Shown here piece by piece: positions 39,986-48,475 of a stretch of DNA of 64,000 nt; the stretch's first letter is position 1; each line of letters begins with the position of its first letter. The stretch covers positions 154,661-218,660 of the IMG/VR virus record IMGVR_UViG_3300046513_000348. One strand, written 5' to 3'. Below the pieces are notes generated by a model. That model was not told the origin of the DNA, made no database searches, and was given only the letters and a program-made list of their open reading frames with translations. A program made the position numbers and the translations under genes.

Positions 39986-40549
39986 CTAAAACAACAGACG
40001 ATGCTTGATGATGAACTGGTTAAATTCCTGTTGGAATTCCTGACGTTCGTAAACCCGACCATTGAAGTATCGCTTGTGATCGATCGGTCCCTCGGAAGGA
40101 TCCTTTCGATAAGCCGATACCAAGATCTCGAGCGCAACGTGTCGCACGAGCCCAAGGAAATGCTGGGTATAGGGGGCATTGAGACCGAACGCATCAACGA
40201 TCGCCAGCCACATGTTTACCGAAGCCGCGTATTCGTCAGCGGACTGCGGCAATGGAAATACGCCCCAACGATCACTGGATGGAGTATCTTTCCAGACCTC
40301 ACGTAGTCGATCGAAGAAGTAAGCAGGTCCTTTCCACGAATCGACTTTAACGATCGCCGAGCCAGCCGAAGCAGAAGTCTCGAAAGGACGCCAGCGAGTG
40401 TCGAGGAATGAATCTTCCATATTCTCTCCGCAGAATCCTTTTGCAGGAGTTCCCGATACTTCCAGATGAACAATCAGTTCAACCCTGTTCATTGGAACTA
40501 CCTTTCTCTTCCTCGGGTTTCTGTCCGAGCGTCTGCTCGGCGTAGGCAT
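39986..40549 (-). CDS. Hypothetical protein
   Basis: ORF; start probably MNRVEL. Confidence 0.6.
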   Translation of the reverse strand: MPTPSRRSDRNPRKRKVVPMNRVELIVHLEVSGTPAKGFCGENMEDSFLDTRWRPFETSASAGSAIVKVDSWKGPAYFFDRLREVWKDTPSSDRWGVFPLPQSADEYAASVNMWLAIVDAFGLNAPYTQHFLGLVRHVALEILVSAYRKDPSEGPIDHKRYFNGRVYERQEFQQEFNQFIIKHRLLF

Positions 40550-40745
40550 TCCACTGATCGATCAGGACGTTGATCGGATTGCGCCTTCCGATATTCAAAC
40601 CGACCTTCTCAAGACCTTGGGTGGCCTGGAGTTCACGAACCAGATGTCCTGGCCCATTGAGTGCGTTCAACACTTCGTAAAGTGCTTCAGCATCGACCTC
40701 GATCATGCGTCGAGGTTGTTCTGGCTTTTGTTCTTGCTCCGACAT
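40479..40745 (-). CDS. Hypothetical protein
   Basis: GGAG/AGGA Shine-Dalgarno after a TTTTACAATG motif. Confidence 0.65.
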   Translation of the reverse strand: MSEQEQKPEQPRRMIEVDAEALYEVLNALNGPGHLVRELQATQGLEKVGLNIGRRNPINVLIDQWNAYAEQTLGQKPEEEKGSSNEQG

Positions 40746-40790
40746 TCCTACTCCATTGTAAAAGTTGGGATACCCGTAGGTATCCCGTTG

Positions 40791-41321
40791 TCACTTGGTT
40801 TTTGGATACAGATAGAAGGCAGCCTTGAGTTCGTAATTCGTGGAAAGACGAACTGCCCGGTTACCGAGGAAGAGCCTGGATGCATTTTCAAAACCACGAC
40901 TGCATGCCGAAACATAATCCGATTTCATCATGACGATGTTACCGAACGATTCCGTATCCACGAATGCGTCTTCCGCTGCGTCCGTTAAGAGATTGAGCGG
41001 GCAGATTTTCTGATCGATGGGTTCGGTACCCATGTAGATCGGACAGATCCAGTGCGAACCCCGATGATCCTGGACGACCAGGAATGCTTCGAGGTCTTTC
41101 ACTTTGCCATCGCGGCGATCGGTGTATTCCACGAGATCGCCTTTGTCGCGTGCGTCCAGGATGTGTTCGTAAAGAATACCGAACGTATCGTTGTCCTGGA
41201 TAACCTTGCTGAAATAGTTCAGCGGGTTTTGTAATGCTTCGGGATCCTCCTTGGTTAGGAGAGAATTTTTCCAAGCGCGAGCGCTGGTACTCGAAGCAGC
41301 TTCCGATTTCTTAGAAGGCAT
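40791..41321 (-). CDS. Hypothetical protein
   Basis: AAGGT Shine-Dalgarno. Confidence 0.65.
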   Translation of the reverse strand: MPSKKSEAASSTSARAWKNSLLTKEDPEALQNPLNYFSKVIQDNDTFGILYEHILDARDKGDLVEYTDRRDGKVKDLEAFLVVQDHRGSHWICPIYMGTEPIDQKICPLNLLTDAAEDAFVDTESFGNIVMMKSDYVSACSRGFENASRLFLGNRAVRLSTNYELKAAFYLYPKTK

Positions 41322-41426
41322 GTTGTCACCTTTAATTGTAAAAGTACTATACGGTCTCTACTTAGTGGTTGTAAAAAGAAACGACGAACTCGGCCATTCA
41401 GGGCATTTGCGATTCAGTTCACAGAG

Positions 41427-41445
41427 ATGATATATTTCCAAAATA
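41427..41445 (-). promoter_or_regulatory. Putative early promoter
   Basis: Minus strand TATTTTGGAAATATATCAT. Confidence 0.6.
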
Positions 41446-41497
41446 ATCCATAACGGCATAACGCCCTACTCCCTTTCGGGAGTAGGGAGCTAGTCTT

Positions 41498-42100
41498 TTA
41501 CGAAATAACCACGATGCCAACATCCTTGATGAACAGTTCTCCGCTGGGCGGATAGACCATTACGTGGGGAACATTGGCTGCGTACTGCTTGAGTGTGTCT
41601 GCTGCATCTGGACGCTGACGAGAAACCTCAAAGTACTGTTTTGTTTTCCCCAAGTACTTCTGGCACTTGGAGATCATCTTCTCGGTACCGTGACCCATAA
41701 GGCCACGAGCACGTTCCTCTTTGTAATAAGCGGCCAACGCGACCTGCCGCTGATACTTGTCCATGTTGTACCAGTCGAACCGATCCGACCAAACATCCAT
41801 TTCTGGAGTTTCAACGATCTCGTACCCCATCTCTGGAGGGAAGTCGTTGGAGTCGACGATGTGCATGTACAGCCTGTTACCAGATTTCCAGAACTCGTGC
41901 TTGTGCTCGAAGATTGCCGCAATACTCTTTTCAGGTATTGGTTCGATAAACAGAGAAATGTGATCGTAGTAACCTCCAGGGCGATTGAACTTCTCCCTGT
42001 CGCTTTTATCCTTCTCGATTGCCTCTTTGGTCAGACTGTGCGTCAGTCGACTACACTTGAGACTTGAGAACTTATGTTTCGAGTAATGATAGAAGAGCAT
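41498..42100 (-). CDS. Conserved jumbo-phage hypothetical protein
   Basis: FYHYS, Y.DHIS.F.EPIP and YAANVPHVMVYP motifs. Confidence 0.65.
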   Translation of the reverse strand: MLFYHYSKHKFSSLKCSRLTHSLTKEAIEKDKSDREKFNRPGGYYDHISLFIEPIPEKSIAAIFEHKHEFWKSGNRLYMHIVDSNDFPPEMGYEIVETPEMDVWSDRFDWYNMDKYQRQVALAAYYKEERARGLMGHGTEKMISKCQKYLGKTKQYFEVSRQRPDAADTLKQYAANVPHVMVYPPSGELFIKDVGIVVIS

Positions 42101-42105
42101 TTAGG

Positions 42106-42576
42106 TCATTTGATGTTGAAAGTCTTCGTACCGTTGTCAGGTTCGTCCAGGGGATCTAGGATTTCCCATTCGACGAAGAGTTCGCGCAACTTCACCCAGT
42201 CAACGCAGGGTTTGCCGTTCGAACCAACCTTCAGAGGCGTGCCTGCCCCTTTGTCGTCGATGTAAACATTCGCATGGATCTTGCGCGAATCGTTCCAGTC
42301 CTTCTGGTCCGGATTTTCGTTCACGCCCCAGAAGTCGATGTAGTTCTTGTTGCAGTAGACGAGTGCCTGATTCAGCATGTCTTCGGTGCGCAAGGTATTG
42401 AGGATGAGTCGATAACCTTTGGCCATCAATTCACGCATCACTTCAATTGCACCAGGGTTCGGATTGCCGATCGATGGGAACTCATCTTCCACGAGCGTTG
42501 CATCGAAGTCGATTGCAAAGACTGCTTTCGGTTTCTCTTCGGGTTCTTTGAAACTATCGGTTTGAAGCCAGCCCAT
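42106..42576 (-). CDS. HAD-superfamily phosphatase (BT0820-like)
   Basis: AIDFDATL motif I, ILNTLR and RKIHANVYIDDK motif IV. Confidence 0.85.
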   Translation of the reverse strand: MGWLQTDSFKEPEEKPKAVFAIDFDATLVEDEFPSIGNPNPGAIEVMRELMAKGYRLILNTLRTEDMLNQALVYCNKNYIDFWGVNENPDQKDWNDSRKIHANVYIDDKGAGTPLKVGSNGKPCVDWVKLRELFVEWEILDPLDEPDNGTKTFNIK

Positions 42577-42654
42577 AATTACTCCAGTGTACGTTGTCAC
42601 AGGATCAAAAAAAAAGAGACATAGACATGCAGGGCCGAAGCCCTGCATGCTATT

Positions 42655-42912
42655 TCAGATCGGCTTGAGGCCGTTGTTCTCGATCCACTGCACGAGTCCG
42701 AAGAAGTCGGTCGTCATGTATTTTTCATCGGGGAACAAAATCACAAAGCCTTCGGAAGGACTGCGATTGCCCTTCGTCAGCTTCATCATTTCGGCTGTGT
42801 CAATTTTCAAATCGACGCCAATTCTGCAATGCTCCAGAATTGCCATGCAGGCCCTGTAGTTCGGCGAAGCGTGATGGGTACTAACGCCTCTGACGATAAC
42901 GACTCTGAGCAT
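42655..42912 (-). CDS. Hypothetical protein, possibly thioredoxin-fold-like
   Basis: Small alpha/beta ORF with GGAG Shine-Dalgarno. Confidence 0.55.
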   Translation of the reverse strand: MLRVVIVRGVSTHHASPNYRACMAILEHCRIGVDLKIDTAEMMKLTKGNRSPSEGFVILFPDEKYMTTDFFGLVQWIENNGLKPI

Positions 42913-42922
42913 GGTGATCTCC

Positions 42923-43378
42923 TTAATGAACCGTCATCAAAACGTACTCGGTCTGATCGGCCCCGATGAGACACTTCTCTTCACCGTACTTGTAGGAGAG
43001 AGTGCGCTCCCACAGGGTCGACATGGAGAACAGTTCGTCGACGAGGACCAGTGCGTCACGAACGGTCGCCGCTTGTTCATCGTTGATACGGCGGAGATCT
43101 TTCTTCGCCTGCGGCCGATAGCCGTTGACGACGATCAAGGCGTCCTTCAGCATTTCTTCGCCGCCGTCTTGATAGAAATCTTTCAGACGATCGATTCCTG
43201 CGTGGAGTCGGATCATCAGCGTTTGGCGATCGGCGTGGATCGCGTCTCCGGTTTTCATGCGCTCGAGGCGGAGGTAGCCGTCGATTGCGAGTCGATCGAA
43301 ATCTTCGTCTCCGAGAGTGAGGTGTCCCTCAACGTTGCTGAGGAGATCGGTCGACTTGGTAGCTTTGTTAGTTTGCAT
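42923..43378 (-). CDS. Hypothetical protein
   Basis: ORF overlapping the upstream stop codon. Confidence 0.65.
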   Translation of the reverse strand: MQTNKATKSTDLLSNVEGHLTLGDEDFDRLAIDGYLRLERMKTGDAIHADRQTLMIRLHAGIDRLKDFYQDGGEEMLKDALIVVNGYRPQAKKDLRRINDEQAATVRDALVLVDELFSMSTLWERTLSYKYGEEKCLIGADQTEYVLMTVH

Positions 43379-44261
43379 TTCGTTTTGGAAAGATAGATAC
43401 AACGTTTTGAATTGGCTGAGTCAAGTCGTAGTCCGACATATCGTGGAAGACCTTGTTCAGCATTTTGGCCGCCCAGTGATAAACACGGGTGGTTTTCTCC
43501 TCGACATAATCTCGAGGAATGAAGATGCCACAGTTTGCACTGATGGCCATCGCGCACTGCTTGTAAAAACTCACGTCCATGAGACCATCGTTCTTAGCCT
43601 GGTTCTCGGGATGAGGGAAGAACCCTTCCAATGAGGCCTGATGGATTCGGAAAAGAACCCGGTCCAGTTCAAGCTTATTGAAAAGCGTATCCGGAAGTAC
43701 CGACGTGTACGTTTCGTCCGTCTGGTACACTACCTTGTCACGCTGCGTCAGAACGCATGTGCAAAGAATGTCCAGTGTCTCGAGAGACTCGAAATTGAAA
43801 CGCTTGGGAATCGGAGTACCGAAATACATACTGCTTGCATTGAATGCCCAGATCACGGCGATCTTGTCCATCATCGCTTTCGTGGCATTGCTGATGCTTT
43901 CCTGGTTACGCTCCGAAGGGTTCGTCTGGAAATGAATGAGATTGGATCCCATCAAGTCCTTGATCTTCGGAACGGCCAAGAGTGTTTGCTCCAACTTCAG
44001 GAGCTGTCCAGGGAAATACGTTTCAGCGTATGCCTGGATGTCGGGACTGCCGAATGTGCGATGTTCGACGACCCCGTCATTGTTTTGTTTTACCGCCTCG
44101 AGTACAAGTGGTACAGTCTCAGTACCTCGTAACCACTCATGAACGCGAACGGCATTTTGTGTTGAATAAAACTTTCCAGCGTTGTCTTGAAGACAACCCT
44201 CCACGGAAGGAACACCATTTTCTTCTGCTCCGACATTAACCTGTAAACGTGTTGTGTGCAT
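43368..44261 (-). CDS. Hypothetical protein
   Basis: TAATG-coupled operon. Confidence 0.7.
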   Translation of the reverse strand: MHTTRLQVNVGAEENGVPSVEGCLQDNAGKFYSTQNAVRVHEWLRGTETVPLVLEAVKQNNDGVVEHRTFGSPDIQAYAETYFPGQLLKLEQTLLAVPKIKDLMGSNLIHFQTNPSERNQESISNATKAMMDKIAVIWAFNASSMYFGTPIPKRFNFESLETLDILCTCVLTQRDKVVYQTDETYTSVLPDTLFNKLELDRVLFRIHQASLEGFFPHPENQAKNDGLMDVSFYKQCAMAISANCGIFIPRDYVEEKTTRVYHWAAKMLNKVFHDMSDYDLTQPIQNVVSIFPKRNAN

Positions 44262-44794
44262 TAATAGCTCCGAATACGCGGACGCTGAAGCCCGCCAGTG
44301 TTTTGAGGAAGGTCAATCGGGTCATCGATATGCCGTTCCGTAATTTCAACCTTGAAGCTGAAAGTACCGACTCGACGGACATCTGGAATGGCCGTGACAT
44401 CGGTCTCGAAGTCTGGATCTTCTTTCCAGCCGCGAGGAAATCTTGTTTCAGGCAGGTAGTACCCGTTGGCGGTCATCGCCGACATCACCTCCCGCCCAAT
44501 CAACAGTATCAGATCGGCTAATCTGTTTTTATCCGAATGACTGAGGTAGAACTTGCCAATGCCCAGATCGTTGTACATTCCGTACGCAAGATCGTTCAGG
44601 TTGTCTTCACATATCGAGTAGCTGCGCGGGTACATCACGCAAGCCGTAAATACTTGTTCCATGAAGTCCTGGAATCCCAGAGTCTTCAGGAATCTGAAGT
44701 ATTCCCAATAGGGAGCCTCATTGGCCTTTTTCATTTCGTCTTCGAATGCATCGAAGGCGCGTCTAAGACTGATAAGGAAAGTTAACTTTTCCAT
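44261..44794 (-). CDS. Hypothetical protein
   Basis: TAATG-coupled operon. Confidence 0.7.
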   Translation of the reverse strand: MEKLTFLISLRRAFDAFEDEMKKANEAPYWEYFRFLKTLGFQDFMEQVFTACVMYPRSYSICEDNLNDLAYGMYNDLGIGKFYLSHSDKNRLADLILLIGREVMSAMTANGYYLPETRFPRGWKEDPDFETDVTAIPDVRRVGTFSFKVEITERHIDDPIDLPQNTGGLQRPRIRSY

Positions 44795-45228
44795 TACTCC
44801 CTCGTCGACGGTCTAACCACAATTGCGAAGTTGTTGCTCGAAACGCGGATGACCTTTGGTTGGTCCCTGTAGTAGGATCTACAGAAATTGTAAAAGCCTG
44901 TATCCAAGAAGAGCTCCGATAGAGTCTCACAGATCGAATACAGAATAGAGTGGATTTTCAAATACGAATCTTCACTCTCGATAATCGAACGCCCAAGAAT
45001 CCCTCTGTCGCAGAGTAGATCTATGAGGTAATCCATTTCATTGAGGCGGCTATAAATCGCACCTGGACCAGTATCGAGAGGTTCTTCATCTTCAGTTAAG
45101 AAGCGAACAATCTCATTCAAAAGCTTTTCCAGGTCAGTGTCCTGAAATACGCCCGACGGATCATTCCTCCTCAGATAACGTTCGAAGTTGAAGATGATGC
45201 CAAAACGGTATCTCATAACTGGACTCAT
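44794..45228 (-). CDS. Hypothetical protein, possibly leaderless
   Basis: ATG embedded in TTTTACAATG directly after a terminator. Confidence 0.65.
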   Translation of the reverse strand: MSPVMRYRFGIIFNFERYLRRNDPSGVFQDTDLEKLLNEIVRFLTEDEEPLDTGPGAIYSRLNEMDYLIDLLCDRGILGRSIIESEDSYLKIHSILYSICETLSELFLDTGFYNFCRSYYRDQPKVIRVSSNNFAIVVRPSTRE

Positions 45229-45239
45229 TGTAAAAGGGA

Positions 45240-45336
45240 AAACCCAGCTAGGCCCGAAGGCCTAGCTGGGCATGATGCAGTTAATGACGGCTCGAATAAT
45301 CATTAACCACGACCTAGGGAGGATTAGGTCATAGCA
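45240..45336 (-). ncRNA. Candidate early small RNA with three hairpins and a CCUCCC loop
   Basis: Early-promoter motif at 45337-45353; hairpins at 45309-45332 and 45280-45307; terminator at 45243-45270 plus T-tract; no sizeable ORF. Confidence 0.45.
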
Positions 45337-45353
45337 ATGATATATCGATGAAA
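45337..45353 (-). promoter_or_regulatory. Putative early promoter
   Basis: Minus strand TTTCATCGATATATCAT. Confidence 0.6.
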
Positions 45354-45357
45354 CTGT

Positions 45358-46656
45358 TTACACCGCAGCGCGAGGATAGACGATCTTCGGATGGGATGCG
45401 TAGTGAACCACCAGCTGTTTGTGGTCGAAGTCCTCGAGGTTCTTAAGTTCCTGTACCACTTCCACACAGCACGGCGCCATCGGCGTGCGTTCCAGTTGTT
45501 CCTTCACCTTCTCGACCTGGTTCGAGTAGATGTGGTGGTCACCCATCAGGTGGGTGTATTCCCACGGCACCATGTTGCACATCGAGGCCAGCAGGTGGGT
45601 CAGCAGCGAGTACATGCCGACGTTGAAGACGGTGCCGAGTGGGACGTCTTGCGAACGAGCGAAGCACAGCAGCGACAGGGCGCGAGTCGGCAGGTCCTTT
45701 TCCTTGTGGATCGCGAGAAGCTTCTTGCCTTCTTCCGTGATGTTGAAGGCGTAGTCGGCCACGATGTCGTAAGGCTTCTTGGTCGGGTTGCGCTGCATGT
45801 CCTGCCAGGACATCGGGATCGGATGTGCCGATTCGACCCAGCCCATGTTGTTCATCCAGACGTTGGCGAACGCCACGATCTGTTTGTTCAGCTCCATGCA
45901 GGACATGCCGTTCTCGGCGTTGATCAGTTCTTTGACCTTCGTCTGGAAACCGATGTGGCTGTAAGCCCACTGACGCAGGATTTCCATCTCGGTCATGTCG
46001 TGGGATTCAACCTGCCAGGTCGAGTGGCATGGCGCCAGTGCCATCTTGCCGTTGTCGGCGTTTTCCTTCGGCGACATGGAAAGATCCGGCAGCAAGCCGG
46101 CGTGCCAGACGTTCACGACCAGGCGACGCGAGTCCGGGTTGTTGCGCAGTTCATCGGCGATGTATTGCAGCTGGTCGACACCACCGCGGCCGCCGTCCTG
46201 GTACAGCTTGGTCTTTTCCTTGACGAAGGCCTTGACTGCTTCGATGGCGGCGCTGATGCTGATGTAGTCTTCTCCGCTGACTGCATCCGACAGGATTTTG
46301 TTCAGACGCTCTTCGTCTTCGCCGGCAATCTCGCGAACTGCCGCGCCGAAGTTACGCCACTGCTCGCCATACATCGGGCCGATGGTACCGGACTTGTCGC
46401 CAGCCCATGCATTCCAGATGCCGTTCTTGCGTTCCTTCAGCCACTGGACCGAGACGATGCCTTTGAGCATCCACTCCAGTTCCGACGAGACTTTCTCGTG
46501 GTCCACTTCACGAGTAGTCGGGATCGGCCAGAAGCCATGTTGCAGCGAGAACTTCATCATGCCGCCGAAATCCGAAATCGTGCCAGTGCCAGTACGGTCA
46601 CCTTTAACACGACCATTGTCCAGCAGATGCCGCATCAGGTCTTGATGTTGTTTCAT
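45358..46656 (-). CDS. thyA: Thymidylate synthase with insertions
   Basis: DRTGTGT, IWNAW, GPMYGEQWR, PDSRR, MALAPCH, RSQDVPLG..FN and DHHIYSNQ motifs. Confidence 0.96.
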   Translation of the reverse strand: MKQHQDLMRHLLDNGRVKGDRTGTGTISDFGGMMKFSLQHGFWPIPTTREVDHEKVSSELEWMLKGIVSVQWLKERKNGIWNAWAGDKSGTIGPMYGEQWRNFGAAVREIAGEDEERLNKILSDAVSGEDYISISAAIEAVKAFVKEKTKLYQDGGRGGVDQLQYIADELRNNPDSRRLVVNVWHAGLLPDLSMSPKENADNGKMALAPCHSTWQVESHDMTEMEILRQWAYSHIGFQTKVKELINAENGMSCMELNKQIVAFANVWMNNMGWVESAHPIPMSWQDMQRNPTKKPYDIVADYAFNITEEGKKLLAIHKEKDLPTRALSLLCFARSQDVPLGTVFNVGMYSLLTHLLASMCNMVPWEYTHLMGDHHIYSNQVEKVKEQLERTPMAPCCVEVVQELKNLEDFDHKQLVVHYASHPKIVYPRAAV

Positions 46657-46713
46657 GTTTTCCTCAATGAAAGACGAAAAAAAAATGTTACCACTAACTA
46701 ATCGTTGCTTGCG

Positions 46714-47100
46714 CTATTTGTTTACAGTCAACAGCAAGACTGTTCCATAAGTTCCTTCTTCTGCCCACATGGACTTAGGCATTGGAAAACATTCGAGGCA
46801 TCGAAGGTAGTACTTGAACAACTTCAATGCATTCTCGATGTCATCCAGATATTCTTCAAATTCGTTTCTGTACTGTTGAGATCTTTCCTGGAGTTCCGTT
46901 TTAAACTCATACAGGAATTCCGCCACCGAGTGATCGAAGTCATCAGCTGTCTCGGACCCATTATCGTAGAGTCGTTCAATCAGCGAATTGCAGAGGTACG
47001 CGTATTCAAAGCTTACGTTGCCGGGGAGATTGTTAAAGAGTAGCCTTTCGACATCTCTCTTTTCATTTCTCGTTCCGACTAAGTATTTTTGTTCTGCCAT
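46714..47100 (-). CDS. Hypothetical protein
   Basis: AT-rich ORF downstream of an early-promoter motif. Confidence 0.6.
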   Translation of the reverse strand: MAEQKYLVGTRNEKRDVERLLFNNLPGNVSFEYAYLCNSLIERLYDNGSETADDFDHSVAEFLYEFKTELQERSQQYRNEFEEYLDDIENALKLFKYYLRCLECFPMPKSMWAEEGTYGTVLLLTVNK

Positions 47101-47170
47101 AATCGGCCAAAAAAAAAGATGCGTTATAAGACAGGGAAATGTTGGTATGAAACCAACTTACAACAAAGTT

Positions 47171-47191
47171 GTAATATATAGCTGTTGAAAT
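47171..47191 (-). promoter_or_regulatory. Putative early promoter
   Basis: Exact TATATTAC with upstream TTTCA on the minus strand. Confidence 0.65.
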
Positions 47192-47219
47192 CTAGAGTGA
47201 AACAGACGACATAAAACAA

Positions 47220-47247
47220 ATACGAGTAGGCCGAAGCCTACTCGTAT
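47220..47247 (-). terminator. Intrinsic terminator
   Basis: ATACGAGTAGGC-TTCG-GCCTACTCGTAT on the minus strand plus T-tract. Confidence 0.85.
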
Positions 47248-47359
47248 CCTCACTCACTCTGATTGAGCGGTTTTTATTTGGCGGGCGGAGTCCAGGCCGA
47301 ATACCACACCTGGATTGCCACCTGCCACCAGATTCCCACTGCGACAGGAAGGAACATGG

Positions 47360-48475
47360 TTAGCCGATGCTGGAGGCGCCGACGGCTTCGTCTTCAGCCA
47401 TCTGCGTGCCGACATCGCCGGCGGTGATTGCTGGAACGATGAACATGTCGACGCCCGGCAGGATGGTCGCGAATTGTTCATCGGTCAGGTCCACGAGCTT
47501 CGACAGGTAGTACGGCAGGGTCACCTGCATTTCGGCCGTGCTGTTGTACGAAGCGACTTCTTCGGCGAGGATGCCCGATTCCAGGAACTTGGCCACCAGT
47601 GGCGTTGCGGCCGACTTGGACCAGGTCGCGATGGTGCTGATGTAGGTCGCTTTGGCCTCGTCGTCCAGGGCGCTGAATTCGTCCTTGTTCAGAACGTTGA
47701 ATTCGTTCTTGCCGCCTTCGGCTTTCTTCTGCTGCTTCTGCTTCTTGCTGGCGCCGTTCTGCTGGCTGCCATGCTTCTCGGTCAGTTCCTGCAGACCACG
47801 GCCGACGTAGTTGTCGAACTGGCCTTCGGCGAACACGATCTTCGGGGTGTGCGCGATCAGTGGCATGTTCTGCTTGATCTTGGTCAGCACTTCCTGCATC
47901 AGGCGTTCCGAGCTGATGAAGTCAGCCAGGTTGACGACCGGCGACACGATGGTGAAGCTGAAGCACTGGTCGGCGTCCGACGATTCGTTCAGCCACAGCT
48001 TGCCCTTGATGCCCGGGACCTTGGGGACGTCCAGCACGCCGCGGTAGGCGTTGAAGAAGGTCAGGTTGCCCAGGGGGACGATCAGCGTTTCCAGCAGCGG
48101 CTTCTGACGACCATGGTGGATCGTGCTGTAGTCGACGCGGTTGGTGTTCAGGCCGAGCAGGTTGCGGAACTGGGTAGCCAGCTGGGTTTCGGTCTGGATG
48201 TCCGGCGACTTGGCCAGGCCGTAGTGGTTCAGGAACGCGTCCGAGTTCACCAGGGCCTTGAAGGCCTGTGCCAGGCGCACGGCGATGTCCTTGACGTTCT
48301 TGCGGTTCTTCTTCAGCTCGGTCAGGTTGCGATGCAGGCGCCAGTAAGCGGTTTCGCCATTCGGCAGCTTGACTGCACCCGACGGCAGGTCGCTCGACAG
48401 GCTATTGAAGATACGCGGCAGTGCCAGGAATTGGATGGTTTGGCTGTCGACAGCACGTTGCAGTTTGGATGACAT
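47360..48475 (-). CDS. Hypothetical protein, probably highly expressed (371 aa)
   Basis: Codon bias similar to the major capsid gene; monocistronic between terminators; long structured UTRs. Confidence 0.8.
   Translation of the reverse strand: MSSKLQRAVDSQTIQFLALPRIFNSLSSDLPSGAVKLPNGETAYWRLHRNLTELKKNRKNVKDIAVRLAQAFKALVNSDAFLNHYGLAKSPDIQTETQLATQFRNLLGLNTNRVDYSTIHHGRQKPLLETLIVPLGNLTFFNAYRGVLDVPKVPGIKGKLWLNESSDADQCFSFTIVSPVVNLADFISSERLMQEVLTKIKQNMPLIAHTPKIVFAEGQFDNYVGRGLQELTEKHGSQQNGASKKQKQQKKAEGGKNEFNVLNKDEFSALDDEAKATYISTIATWSKSAATPLVAKFLESGILAEEVASYNSTAEMQVTLPYYLSKLVDLTDEQFATILPGVDMFIVPAITAGDVGTQMAEDEAVGASSIG

Noticed and set aside
45358-46656. Thymidylate synthase homolog as a dCMP/dUMP hydroxymethylase for DNA modification
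   Set aside because: Canonical ThyA motifs, including the Asn specificity residue, are intact; no glycosyltransferase or kinase partners nearby.
47360-48475. Orphan abundant protein as chimallin or PhuZ
   Set aside because: Too short for chimallin and lacks the tubulin GGGTGSG-type signature; neither gene is recognisable in this window.
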